Assembly (NCBI RefSeq): GCF_006345805.1
Contig: NC_042997.1
Coordinates: 81,468,001-81,532,000, forward strand
Length of the DNA: 64,000 bases
Source: Octopus sinensis
Taxonomy: Eukaryota
Direction of reading: 5' to 3'
Part shown: piece by piece, positions 50,690 to 63,770 of the stretch
Numbering within the stretch: position 1 is the first letter of the stretch
Layout of the letters: each line of letters starts with the position of its first letter
Translations under genes and position numbers: made by a program
Notes under the pieces: model-generated
The model's database searches: none
Told to the model about the DNA's origin: nothing
What the model saw: only the letters and a program-made list of their open reading frames with translations

Positions 50690-52950
50690 CCTTGTCTTAG
50701 TCATTTTGCTCTAGCTAAATTCGTTTCAAAGAGAAAGGAAATAATTTTCTGAAATAGTGTTCTAAATATGTTATAGTGTTTTTAATACATTTAGAGAATG
50801 TTGTTTACTTAGCTAATATAGTTTTTGTAAGGTAGTGAACATTCGTAAAAAGTATACCTTTTCATAAAGGCAAAAATGCAGTAAATATTCCTCATTGTGC
50901 CCCACCGCCAATATAAAATTTGCAGTTTAGGTCATAAAAATAGAATATTTTGTTAATATAATAACATCTTATTTAGTTGAAGAAATTTGATGAGAGTATG
51001 AGTTGCTGTGACAGAGAAACCTGACTTCATTTTATGTATTTATTTCTAACGTGAAAATAGTTTATAACTGTCCGAAACATTTACTAAATTTACCGTGTTT
51101 TGTGAACGTTTCGTTGTTAGTATTTGTCGATACAGAGCATCACTAGTTTTCTAGGCTGCAACTATTTTAATTATTTATATATTTTACCTGGTATTGAAGT
51201 TATGCTTTACAATTGTGGTTTAACTACAGTTTGGTGCCCATAACTTCGTTTCCTCATAATATCGTCAAAAAAGCATATCTTTTAAATTTAAATCTTTCGG
51301 AAACACGTTTTTTAAGATGTAAATTGTTATTATGCTGATAAACTTAGGAAAAAAATTAACAGAAAAGTGAATTTTGTGTAGTTTTTCACTCCCACCCTGA
51401 GCTTTGTTATCACTATTTTCCATTAAGTTTCACATTACATCATAAATTTCTTTTTCCAGATTTCTGTTGGAACATCAACATTAAGTAAACTATACGTTCA
51501 ACGTTATTAACGTAATTGTAATCTGTATCTTTAAAAACATATCCCTGCAAAATTGAATTTTAAAAATGTCGATAGGGCGGAGGAGCAACAAACTGTAGTT
51601 ATGCCAGCGATCTCTCGCAGAGAGAACTGGTGCAAAGATAAATTCATATTCTTATAATGACTTGAAATATCGTGTGTATGTGAGCAGGCTTCCATATCAA
51701 AGGTATTCAATGTTCTCTTACACCAAACAGTCATAAAAGAAACACAAACAGACGTTTGTAGAACACTCACCCGCAAATAAGTAAACATAACACTCTCTCT
51801 AAATAAAAAAAAGACAGACACACACGCAAATGGGATTTGCAAAGTACTGAATGAAAGAAAAAAAGTAAAGCGAGGAATGTTCCAGGTGTGTTTTAGGTAC
51901 CTAAGAATCAGACAACCGTTTTAATAACAATCCGAATGTTTACTTTAGAAATTAAAAACATTGGTTTGACAGTATTACCGGAAACGGAAGTGACTTCTAT
52001 GCCATGCCTTCATTAACGAAGGTGAAATATTAAATCCAAACATTTTGATCACCTATTTTGGTAGGTATTTAAATATATTCTTGTGAAAAAAGTTTCTCCC
52101 TAGAATACATTTAATATAAATGGATTAGAAAAGAAATCAAGACTTAATTAAAATCAAATGTTTTCATATAAAAATAGATTTTATTCTTTAGCATTTCTTC
52201 ACTAAAATATTTTGTTTTGTTTTCGTTATGATATGTCAACTTAAGTTTTAGTTATAAACATTTTTTAAAGCACAAAGGCAATGAGATAGTTTATACATTC
52301 GGAAAATTTAAAAATATATTTCCATTATACAAAATAGCTATCCTTGAAGAGATATCTGAAATATTACTGTTTTAAATTTCTTAGATACAACAAAATCTAT
52401 ATTTAAAGTTCAAACCGAAATCTAAGGTTGTGTTTCTCAAAGATTCGTGTCGCAAAGATACGATTACTGATGAACTTCGCATGAACAGCTAATAAAAATA
52501 TTTTAAGGTTACAAATTCAGTGAAAAGAAATAAGGTAAAAAACTGTTGCTTCCTTTATCTTTTTAACCATACTTTATTGTATTGATTATAACGTTTTTAA
52601 CACAAAAAACCCCCCAAGTTATAGTTACCAAAACCTGCTGCATTGAAGAATAAGCCCCTTAACGATTGCAAATATTGTTCTCGATAAATCGTTAACTAAT
52701 TCCCCCGTCTTCCCGAAATTTGCTGGTTTCCCAACCCAAACTATTTCGAAAGCCAAGCCGCGCTATTTTTATTAATCCCAAACACAAAACACCGTTTTCC
52801 TTCACAAAAGTAGAACTATATAGGCAATTGAATAATCCTTAAAATTGTTTGTGGACGTTGATTATCACAACACACGCTGTTGTTTCCCTTTAGTACGAAA
52901 ATGTAAAACGAGATAAAGATTATCAGTTTGCTAGCTCCCTTAGCATTCCA
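50690..52950. promoter_or_regulatory. Candidate promoter region (possibly bidirectional) with a candidate first coding exon on the minus strand
   Basis: Repeat-free, CpG visibly retained. GGGCGG 51575-80, near-palindrome TCTCTCGCAGAGAGA 51611-25, tandem ETS-type CCGGAAACGGAAGTG 51978-92. Minus-strand AAAATG-ACT-AAG-ACA-AG|GTAAGA at 50704-50685. Confidence 0.4.
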
Positions 52951-53884
52951 AAGTTCACTTCCATATCAGTGAAAACTGTGAAACGATCTGATATTGTATA
53001 TTTACTCTGAATTGTAATAAACTTTATAACTGCTTTATCTAAAACTTTGGCTAAGGTAGGTTATGAATATTGTAACTGCCAGGGTTTTCCCTTGCTCTAT
53101 TATATAATACCTTTGACTCTAAAAAAATAAAGATAGGCTCAATTCTAAGTTATCTTAACATTTATTCTGCTTCTGAGGACAGTCTATTGGTTGACGACTT
53201 TCTCATTTATTGATCAAAGCAAAACTGAACACCAGACAGTCCTCCAAAAAATTCAAGCTGGCTCTTCGTCTTTTGAATTTTTAGCCAACTTATTTGTCAA
53301 GGCACTCAATGATGCTATCAACTCTGGGGCATGGTAGCAATTTATCCTTAGGTTCTACAAGACAAATTCAATAATGCATTGTCTATGACAAACATAATTC
53401 AAATCCAAATTTTCAATGAATAGCCTTCAACAATTCAACTACCATTGCTCCTGCAGCCATGCCTTCTGATATAAAGTACATAAGTATCAAATTAACCATC
53501 ACTAGCAAACTACAGGAATTCAGTATGAAAGGTGCAGTACTGATTTTTTTCTTTTTCTGTCCCTCAAATAGGCACTCTTTGGAATTATTTTCAGCTTCTC
53601 CAGTCTTCTCTTGCCTAATACTGAATCCATTTCTGTAATCCAGATTTCATCAGTCAGTGTCAAGAAAGTTTGTGATACAATTCTTTCATTCGCAGATGGT
53701 TCTTGATCCTGTGCTAACAGTTTGCACCTCCTGCATACCAAAGCTTATCTTCCAATATGGAGTAAAATGACAAACAATTTCATTTGTTGTCACTATATTT
53801 ATCAATACGGTCTTTAAAGGCATTCTCCCAGATCTCAACAAATTCATTTTCACCCAATTTGAACCTTAACCAAAACTAACAAGG

Positions 53885-54100
53885 ATCTTTTCTACTCTAG
53901 GCACAAGGCCCAACATTTATGAGGAGGGGGCCTGTCGATTTGATCGACCCAAGTACACAACTTGTACTTAATTTATCGACCCTGAAAGGATGAAAGGCAA
54001 AGTTGACCTTGGCAGAATTTGAACTCAGAACAAAAGCAGGTGAAATACTGCTAAGTCTTTCACCCGGCATGCTAATGTTTCTGTCAGCTCGCCGCCTTCC
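53885..54100 (-). mobile_element. SINE family B
   Basis: Same core and head as the 39.5-40.7 kb copies. Confidence 0.8.
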
Positions 54101-54443
54101 AAAACTAACAATAATATCTACCTATTTACTATTGGAAACATTTACTGTCATTTAGCCACTCCTAATTTTTGCTTTCCACATGATCAGGAATTGGTGCTCC
54201 ATTATGTTGTGAGGCTACCATCCATACAGCATACAAATTAATTCACCAGAATTTGTTACCAAAAGTAATTATGCAAAAAAGTGCTTTTAGCTCTGTCAGA
54301 TATAGTGCTATAATGAGACATGCTACCAGTAAGCATTTATCACTGTACCAACTGGTTGGGGAATCAGTCTTGTCAGTTTGAATTTTATTATACTGACCTT
54401 AAAATTTAACCCCAATTTAGGGTAAAAAAATATTAAACTTTAC

Positions 54444-54569
54444 CTTCTTTGCATGAAGTGCGTTGTATGCTCCAGCCATCATACTGATTGGCTGACTGTC
54501 TGTTACAATTTGATTTTTTGGTACACTATTGTTTTTCATCCTCTTCAGTGCTGATTTGTCTGATCTATC
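54444..54569 (-). other. Possible 126-nt phase-0 exon (DRSDKSALKRMKNNSVPKNQIVTDSQPISMMAGAYNALHAKK)
   Basis: tcttacatgtctccag|G acceptor, AAG|gtaaag donor, open frame. No recognisable homology. Confidence 0.2.
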
Positions 54570-54720
54570 CTGGAGACATGTAAGATATAGAGGTCTGATA
54601 TTCTTTTGTCACTTGACCTCTCCTTCTGCTTTGTGTCTTTTCTCCATGCTTATGGTACTCTAGCTAACTGCTTATTGTCTTCCATAATAGATGTATCATA
54701 GTTTCAAGATATTGAGAATC

Positions 54721-54956
54721 TTGCAGTTCTATATTTAAGAGATGAGGAATTATGTACATTATTTACAATTGACAGATATCTGTCCTCATCTTGTTAACAC
54801 AATGTTTCGGCTGATATATCCTCCAGCCTTCAGGTGTCTTGGGGGAAAATTTCCCCAAGACACCTGATGAATTCTGGAGGGTATATCAGCCAAAATGTTG
54901 TGTTAACAATAAACAAGATGAGGACAAATATCCGTCAATTGTAGATAATGTAAATA
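54721..54956. mobile_element. Back-to-back PLE pseudo-LTR pair with decayed minimal hammerheads and a 10-bp TSD
   Basis: Near-perfect palindrome centred at ~54849; ATTGAGAATC at 54711-20 and 54957-66; CUGAUGA 54864-70; GAAAC on the minus strand at 54804-08. Confidence 0.8.
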
Positions 54957-55005
54957 ATTGAGAATCCTATCAAAGTGAGCTTAGTATGAATATTGAATAA
55001 AAAAC

Positions 55006-57062
55006 ATCATCATCATCATCATCGTTTAACGTCCGTTCTCCATGCTAGCATGGGTTGGACGGTTCGACCGGCAATCTGGGAAGCCAGAAGGCTGCACCAG
55101 GCTCCAGTCTTATCTGGCAATGTTTCTACAGCTTGATGCCCTTCCTAACGCCAACCACTCCGTGAGTGTAGTGGGTGCTTTTTACGTGCCATCTGCACAG
55201 GTGCCAGGCGAGGCTGGCAACGGCCACGGTCGGATTGGTGCATTTTACGTGCCACCGGCACGGAAGCCAGTCGAGGCGGCGCTGCCATTGGCCACGATTT
55301 GGATAGTGCTTTTTACGTACCACCAGTCCAGGGGTCCTGGCATCTGCCGGGTGCCAGTCATAGGATTGGTTCAATTTCGATTCCGATTCCAATTTCACTT
55401 GCCCCAACAGGTCTTCGCAAGCAAGGGGGGTTGGCATGGGTGCCTGTTGTTGGATGAGGTTCGATATCGACTTCGCTTGCCTCAACAGGTCTTTGTGTGT
55501 CCAAGAGAAGAAAGGCATGCATAAGTGGGCTGGACTTACTTGTCCTGCCTGGTCCTCTCACGCACAGCATATTTCCAAAGGTCTCGGTCGCTGGTCATTT
55601 CCTCAGTGAGGCCTAAAGTTCGAAGGTTATGCTTCACCACCTCGTCCCAGGTTTTCCTGGGTCTACCTCTTCCACGGGTTCCCTCAACTGCTAGGGATTG
55701 GCACTTTTTCACACACCTATCTTCATTCATTCTCGCCACATGACCATACCAGCGCAATCGTCTCTCTTGCACACCACAACTGATGCTTCTTAGGTCCAAC
55801 ATTTCTCTCAAGGTACTAAAGCTCTGTTGAGTATGCACACTGACATTACACATCCATCAGAGCATACTGGCTTCATTCCTCGCGAGCTTACGCATGTCCT
55901 CAGCAGTCACGGCCCATGTTTCACTGCCATGTAGCATGGCTGTTCATACACATGCATCATACAGTCTGCCTTTTACTCTGAGCGAGAGGCCTTTAGTCAC
56001 CAGCAGAGGTAAGAGTTCCCTAAACTTTGCCCAGGCTATTCTTACTCTAGCAGTTACACTTTCAGCGCACCCACCCCAACTACTGACTTGGTCCCCTAGA
56101 TAACGGAAGCTATCAACTACTTATAGTTTTTCCCCCTGGAAAGTGACGGAAGTTGTTCTCTGCAGATTTTCAGAGTTTATTGCTCCTGAGCATCTGCCAC
56201 ATACAAAAACTATCTTCCCAGTTAGCCTTCCTTTGACATTGCTGCACCTCTTATGTATCCATAGCTTACACTGGGTACATCTTATAGAGTTTCTACCTAC
56301 ACCTTTTCTACATATCGAGCAGGGCCATCTTTCTGAAGACATTTGTGGTTTGTCTACCTTCCTACTTATTAGTACTTTGGTTTTAGCTAGGTTGACTCTA
56401 AGGCCCCTCGATTCTAATCCCTCCTTCCACACCTGGAACTTCTCCTCCAGTTCTGATAGTGATTCAGCAATTAGAGCAAGGTCGTCAGCATAGAGGAGCT
56501 CCCAGGGGCAACCTATCTTGAATTCCTCCGTAATTGCCTGGAGGACTATGATAAATAGGAGGGGGCTGAGTACTGAACCCTGGTGGACCCCAACCTCTAC
56601 TTTGAATTCTTCTGTGTACATGTTGCCAACCCTAACCTTACTTACGGCATCCCTGTACATGGCTTGCACAGCCCTCACCAGCCATTCATCTATTCCTAGT
56701 TTCCTCATTGACCACCAGATAAGGGATCGGGGGAACCTGTCAAAGGCTTTCTCCATGTCAACGAAAGCCAGGTACAGGGGCTTATCTTTGGCTAGGTATT
56801 TCTCCTGCAGCTGTCTCACCAGAAATATGGCATCAGTGGTGCTTTTCCCTGGCATGAAACCAAACTGCATCTCATCCAAGTTGACTCTCTCCCTAATCAG
56901 TTGGGCTATGACCCTCTCTGTAACCTTCATTACCTGATCCAACAGCTTGATACCTCTGTAATTATTTGTATCTAGAGCGTCTCCTTTACCTTTGTAGCAG
57001 TTGACTAGTATGCTGCTACACCAGTCATTGTGTATGACTCCTTCGTGTATCACCTGGTTAAC
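55006..57062 (-). mobile_element. RTE family 2 copy, 5'-truncated
   Basis: (ATC)n tail; 326-aa RT frame 56121-57101 (LLYADD, Cys/His module); TSD TTGAATAAAAAACA at 54993-55006 and 57087-57100. Confidence 0.92.
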
Positions 57063-58518
57063 TATTGAATAAAAATTGAATAAAATTTGAATAAAAAACA
57101 ATAGAAAAAGGAAATTCTGGGAAATTATTATTTAATTTCTTAAAATTATAGAAGATAGAAAACACATTGATATCTTTGCTTGCTTATGTTTTATTGCTCT
57201 AACTGATGTGTTATGGTCAAATCACTCCAATTTTGTTATTAATCACATTACTCCTAGAAAGTTGTCCAGTTCAAGATATGCATCTAGATTGGTTTTTCAA
57301 AAATGCCTCTACTTTGGCAATCATACTATAACAGGGATTCTTTTTCAATCAGATTTCAAATCTTAAACTATATAGAATGGTTGTGTCTCATTTATCCCAA
57401 GATCAAATCTGATTAAAAGATTTATGATCAAAGACATTTCACTGGTGATCACCCTATGTTTTTGGAGTACGTCTAAGTCTGTATTATCTAATATATCTTT
57501 TCTTTGTTTAAGATGGTAGGGTATGATTTATTTCCTGTAGCTTCAGTGGCCTCATAGAAGCACCTTTAATGGTCTATGTGTTTGCATATATTGTGAGTGG
57601 GTGTTTGATGTATCATTACTAAATTCAAAATAAACATGTAGCTTGAACTAGCAAGAAATTTGGAAAACTTGTGCTCAGAATGTAAACCTATTGACCTTCA
57701 GCCACCAACCAGTCCCATATTTTATTATTAGACATCCTACTAGTCTTCTACAAGTCTCATATCATTACCTGATTCATCTCCTATTGAACCTTAAATTGAC
57801 ATAGGGCAACTATGACCATGCATAGTTGTTCCAGTTAGATTTTATCCTTAAAAAAAATAACTTGGTGAAGAAAAACATTTCGTCATTTTTTGTTTTTGTT
57901 TTTTTCCTCCTAGAAAATGTTGTTCATATGGTCAGACTCAACAGATCATGAATATCAAGTGACCTTTATATCTGATTCCACAATCATTGATAAGATGGTT
58001 TTGGTTGCCCCCCCACCACCACCACCACCACCAAATGGCACTTAATCAAGCATCCAAATGCAACTTTTACCTCATTTTAATTGCTAACATTAAATGTTAT
58101 CAACTCAAAGTATTTTACAAGCTATTCAGATATATTATCTGAGCAACTAGCTTTCTATATTTGCCTTTACATAATATCTTTATAACTGTACAAAATTTGA
58201 TATAATGTCAATTATTATTATTTTTGGCTTTTTTATTGCGATTGTGTTTTTGACCTGCTGCATCAAAACTGTTGGCTATATATCTTAAATAACAGTTTTA
58301 TTCTTTCAGTATGGATATAGTCACAAATAAACTCAACATTATTTTCATGTCTGTTTTTGTCAAATCATTACATCATTTAACTATCAAATTCTTCTTTCTT
58401 TCATCCAAGCCAACAAATGTTTCCTGTTGTTTTTTTATGATTATAATTTTTACACTTGAGAATTTTATATATTATTTATTTATTATTGTCATCATAGAAT
58501 TTCTAATTTATATAAGTA

Positions 58519-58930
58519 CTAACAGCTAAGCCCGGTTTCACCCGGTCTGTTTAGATGATGTGGCTGTGATCGTTTTTGGTTAGGCATAATTTATAACAGT
58601 GTTTCTCAACCCTATCATTTCGGGTCCCCTGTTTCAATTGGAGCCTCCAGCTGTATGAAAATTTCCTGACTCCTCAACCCCTGTCAGAAAACAGCTTCAG
58701 GAATTCTGAAGAACGAATTTGTATGTAGTCTGGGGAAATTCCATTAGAACGTTTTAATCGATTTTCTCGATAACTATGGGGGCTAGGAACAAAATACAAA
58801 CCGCATTCCAATCTATGCACCCATCTCCACATGTGTGCCATTTTTCATGCGAATCCACCCAGCTGTTTGGTTGTGAACCTCAAGACAAGAAAGAATACAA
58901 CGATCACCCATGTCCAATTTATATTATAGA
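58519..58930 (-). mobile_element. Non-autonomous Helitron (412 bp)
   Basis: Minus strand: A|TCTATAATATAAA 5' end; 3' hairpin CCGGGTGAAACCGGG then CTTAGCTG-TTAG|T. Confidence 0.75.
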
Positions 58931-59261
58931 TTAATGGTAATAAAACTAAAAAGTCTACTTATCATCATCATCATTGTTTTAACATCCACTTTTCCATACT
59001 TGCATGGGTCAGATGGAATTTTGTTAAGGCAAATTTTCTATGATTGTATGCCCTTCCTGTCGCCATCAGGCAGTTGTTTCCAAATAAGGTAATATTTCCC
59101 TGTGATATGACACATTTTCATGAAAGATTGGAAATGAAGGACAGTGCTTGCATGATGGAGACATTTGTTTACAATTATCATGCCATGTCAAGACAAGGAG
59201 AGTGTAACACATGCTACCTGTATATATACAGTATATGTCTGTGTGTGTGTGTGTGTATAAA

Positions 59262-59858
59262 TATAATATGCTCCGCTGGATGTGCAATGTATGTGTACGC
59301 ATGCTACAGAGTGTTAGTATATTGAGAGAGAAGTTAAGCATAAGAGGAATTAGATGCAGTGTGCAAGATAGAAGACTGTTCTGGTTTGGTCATGTGATGC
59401 AGATGGATGCTGACAGCTCTATAAAGAAGTGCCATTAACTCAAAGTGGATGTAACTTGTGGAACAAGGAGACCCAGAACGACATAGGATGAAGTACTGAA
59501 GGATGACCTCAAAATGCTGAACCTTTCAGATAAGATAACAAAGGATCAAATTACCTAGTACCTTGCTGTCATCAAAAAGACCCATCCTCCGCAGCAGAGG
59601 TGTGAAGGCTGCATCCCTGATGAAGAGGATTAGCCTGCAAGAGTCTTGTGCTGGTGCCTTGTAAAAAGCACTCATGCCAATGGCACATTAAAGCATGCAG
59701 CACACATGGTAAAGTGGTTAGCATTAGGAAGGGCATCCAGCCATAGAAACCAAGCCAAATCAGAGTGGAACTTTGTGCAGCTTACCAGCTCTGGTCAAAC
59801 CATCCAAGCCATGCCAGCATAGAAAATGGATGTTAAAGGATGATGATAATGATGATGA
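59262..59858 (+). mobile_element. Old RTE family 2 3' fragment
   Basis: MLRWMCNV...RRLFWFGHV...RPRT, shared 3' tail and (GAT)n. Confidence 0.75.
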
Positions 59859-61986
59859 TATGTGGCCAGCTCCTGTCAAATTGTCTATCCCATGGTAGCA
59901 TGGAGAACAAATGTTAATTGATGATGTTTTGGTATGATTTTACCTACTCAGTAATAGGTGGCACCACAGTTATTCAAAGCTCAACAGGAACTGCTGTTCT
60001 TATAGAGAAAAATTGCAAGCAGAACATTTGCTAATATGTGTAGAGGCTTACTGAGCTGAAATTAATTTAATATAATCAAATGAAGCTGTCAAGATCAAAA
60101 TAAGTGGTACATTTTTAACACATTCCCGTACATTAGAATGTGAATGGGATTCACTGCAACATTTTGTGTCAGAGAACCAAATTTCTCTTTATACTGTCTG
60201 TGTAAAAACAGATGAAGCTCCAAACAACTTCATCAGAATACCAGGCATGTTGTTTCAGCATGATTCACCTCCTGGCACTCTACAAGCATAGAAGTGCTGC
60301 TAGGCAGGACTATCTGAGATGCATGCAGAGCAACAAAGCTGTTCTGCATGAACTTGTACAGTGCTTGAGTATTGCCTACTTATGGAGTTATGTCAAAAGG
60401 CTGTTAATCATGTGTAGGACAAATTCGACTATCAGCTGAATTCACTGTGAGGACCTTTGACAAGGCAGGGCAGGTGGTATTCCTCTGTCTAGCAGTTTTG
60501 GCGAAAGAGGTTGTGTGGTAGACAAGGTTGAAAAGATTGAGGAAAGACACTTTTCTCTTTAGCCAAGCTCTCATCACCTTGGAAAGAAAGAGGGAACTTT
60601 TGTTTTCATAGCTCTAATGTATTATAACACTCTTTCACTTGAACATGCATTGCTTAATTGCTGGTTATATTTCAGTGTTTTTCTAAGCAGAATAGAATAC
60701 CTCCAAGAACTTTTTGGAGAAATTATATTATTATATAACAATCATTTAATTTTAATTAAAATTTTATATAACAGTGCCAATCAATTATTGTACTTTTTTT
60801 GTCACTGCTCTCATGGATTTCTATGATTCTCTGTCACCATCCAATTCCATTATTATGAATTTGAATTGAAAGCTTGAGTCATAGTGAATCTTTCAGTACC
60901 TGAGTACACAACCATGGACACACCCCTATGAATGTGTTGCAGTTACTCTCTTGATAGAGCTTGGTGATCCTAATCATTGATCTTCTAAGGATTCCTCTTC
61001 TCAGCATCAGTATAAGAAGCACCATTGGCTCAGTTGAGCTCTATCTCTTCACAATCTGCCAAGCTGCAGTTCCATGATCTCACTGTATCCTTAGCAGGGT
61101 GGATGTATGGGTGCTATGCCTCGCCAAATGGCAGCCAGTAACTGTGCAAGGCAAAGTTGTCAGTCTGTGAGGTATTTTCAAAATACCAACATACCAATCC
61201 ATTAATATACAACTGAGCTCAATGATAATGATTTATTAATGATTATCAGTTAGCAAAATGTATCTTTCACAGACTTTTTTGTAGTAAGCATCAAGACACG
61301 CACTGTTTTCTATTTAGTAGATATTTATTAGGTAGGTGACTAAATTTTCTCTTTGGAGAAATAAAACTAATTCGTAAAATGATTCAGTATTTGACTTTTT
61401 GTAATTGTTTTATTTCCTGCAAAGTTCAAATGAGAACCATGATGAAATAATGCTCTAACATTTGGAGCAGTGATGCTGCTACGCATACAAACATCTCTGT
61501 CTATTCTGTGATGACTACATTGGCTTCTACTCTTGTTAATTAAGTACCTTCATCCAGGGTCACCTGATATACCATCCTTTCCTCCTCTATTATATCTTCT
61601 TTCCTAGGTTTTCTATTAACCACTTCACCTAATCCTTCCTAGAATATCAACTTACTGGCATTCTATATCTTCTTATGTTCTTCCTGCTGACATTGAAATT
61701 TTCATGCTAAGCAAACCATACAACTTGAGTTGAAGAAACAGGAAAATAAAAGAATTATATCCTGTAATCAACAGGCACATTTGTCCAATTCCAGATAAAA
61801 TCAAAATCATCATTGTCCTCATTGTGACTTCAAAGCAAAATCCATCCCAGAACTCAAATTGCATTCATACATCCTTGCAAATAAAAGCTTTGCAGTTTCT
61901 TTTATTTTTAAACCTTCTTTTTTATAATCTTTTCCTTCAAACACACATGCATCAAAATTGACATGAGTGATTATATCATCATCATC

Positions 61987-62029
<43 letters not shown>

Positions 62030-62032
<3 letters not shown>

Positions 62033-62402
62033 TAGCTTTATTTTTATAGCGTGCTTTCACTTCACTACCGAGCGCAGCTCTGTGTGCCTTGGGTATGTGC
62101 TGTGATTTGTTGTGATGCTCTGATGGTTATTGTATGGAAAGTGTTCTGCGTAGGATGTGTGCAGTGCCTAGTAGTGCAATTTTCTGTATGTTATATGTGT
62201 TTGTAAGTCCTGGTGTTTTTGTTATGTATTTGTCTGAATATTTTTTTATCAAGCCTAATGCACCTACTATGATAGGAATTGTTTCTGTTTTCAGATTCCA
62301 CATTCTAGTTACCTCTATTTCCAGGTCTTTGTATTTTGAGAGTTTCTCCATTTCTTTTAGAGACACGTTGTCATCAGCCAGTATTGATACATCAATTAGA
62401 AA
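62030..62402 (-). mobile_element. R4/Dong-type LINE 3' fragment in (TAA)n
   Basis: LIDVS...SLKEMEKLSKYKDLEIE...TIPIIVGALG...QKIALLGTAHILRR (restriction-like endonuclease); (ATT)n on both sides. Confidence 0.85.
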
Positions 62403-62430
62403 GCATTATTATTATTATTATTATTATTAC

Positions 62431-62475
<45 letters not shown>

Positions 62476-62670
62476 GGTGGCAAGCGGGCAGGATCATTAG
62501 CACACCAGGTCAAATGCTTAGCGGTATTTTGTCTGCCGCTATGTTCTGAGTTCAAATTTCACTGAGCTCAACTTTGACTTTCATCCTTTCAGGGTCGATA
62601 AATTAAGTACCAGTTGGACACTGGGATTGATGTAATCGACTGCCCTTGTGGCAAAATTTGAAACCATTAT
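62476..62670 (+). mobile_element. SINE family B
   Basis: ggtggcaagc...ctgagttcaaattt...ctttcatcctttcagggtcgataaattaagtaccag. Confidence 0.82.
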
Positions 62671-62741
62671 TATTATTATTTTAAAAGGTTTAGCATAACT
62701 CCTCACAAAGATAAATAGACAATAGAAGAGTGTGATGCAAT

Positions 62742-63544
62742 TGCAATAGATATTTTATTGGTTTGAACAATATTGACAGAATGACATCATCAGTCTTCAA
62801 TTTTCAAGTTTACAACTGGCAAAAGGAAAAAAAAAAAAAGAAGAATATTTAATCAAACAGTTTTGTGTAAATATGATGAAATTTCCCTGTCATTTTGTTC
62901 ATCCCTTCAGGGTATGATGTTAATAATTCACAAACATATTTCTCCTCATGCATTTTGAGGACTGAAAGTGTACATGTGGGACAGAGATAACCATTTGGTG
63001 TACACAGCAGAATGCGCCAAACACAACTTGATTTATGTTGGTTGTACAACAGAACAACTAAACAAAAGATTCAATGGACACAGATAGGATGTCAAGCACA
63101 ATAACAGTAGTTCGACAGAACTTGCTGAACATTTTACATTAAATGGCTGGAATTGTGAAAAAGACTTGAAAGTACATATTCTCAGAAAATATTCTGAATC
63201 TGCTACACTTTCAGTCCTCAAAATGCATGAGGAGAAATATGTTTATTAACATCACTCCCCAGAGGGGTGAACAAAATGACAGGAGAATTTCATCACATTT
63301 ACACAAAACTATTTGATTGAATTTTCTTTTTCTTTTCTCCCACACCTTTTTTCTTTCTTTTTCTTTTTGCCAGTTGTAAACTTGAAAATTGAAGACTGAT
63401 GAGGTTATTCTGTCAAGGTTGGAACACAGTTTGCCCCATTCAAATTTTTAAATTTAAATTTCTATGTATCACTTTTCATTTTGAACTTGACAAAGACAGG
63501 CAAGCTGTTGCAATATTGTTCAAACCAATAAAATATCTTTTGCA
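62742..63544 (+). mobile_element. Penelope-like 3' end: GIY-YIG endonuclease plus inverted terminal copy
   Basis: VYTAECAKHNLIYVGCTTEQLNKRFNGHR*...LAEHF...HEEKYV from ~62998. 62742-62972 is the reverse complement of 63204-63416 plus 63511-63544. CUGAUGA is present in both termini. Confidence 0.85.
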
Positions 63545-63572
63545 TTCATATTATTTATTATGACTATTATTA

Positions 63573-63770
63573 AGGCAGCAAGGTAGCAGAATCGTTAGCG
63601 TGCCAGACGAAATGCTTAGCGGTATTTCACACTTCACTACATTCTAAGTTCAAATTACCTTTCGTCCTTTCAGGGTCAATAAAATAAGTACCAGTTGAAC
63701 ACTGGTGTCAATGTAATCAACTCATCCCCTCCCCCAAATTGCTGCCATTGTGACAAAAATTTTAAACCAT
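63573..63770 (+). mobile_element. SINE family B
   Basis: Head gtagcagaatcgttagc...gttcaaatt and core. Confidence 0.8.

Noticed and set aside
57914-58045. Plus-strand terminal exon ending in poly-Pro after a strong pyrimidine tract
   Set aside because: Only 43 codons, the poly-Pro comes from a (CCA)n repeat, and there is no upstream partner or homology.
41534-59625. Isolated CTGATGA at ~41536, ~52471 and ~59614
   Set aside because: No correctly placed GAAA or stems I-III, so they are chance 7-mers.
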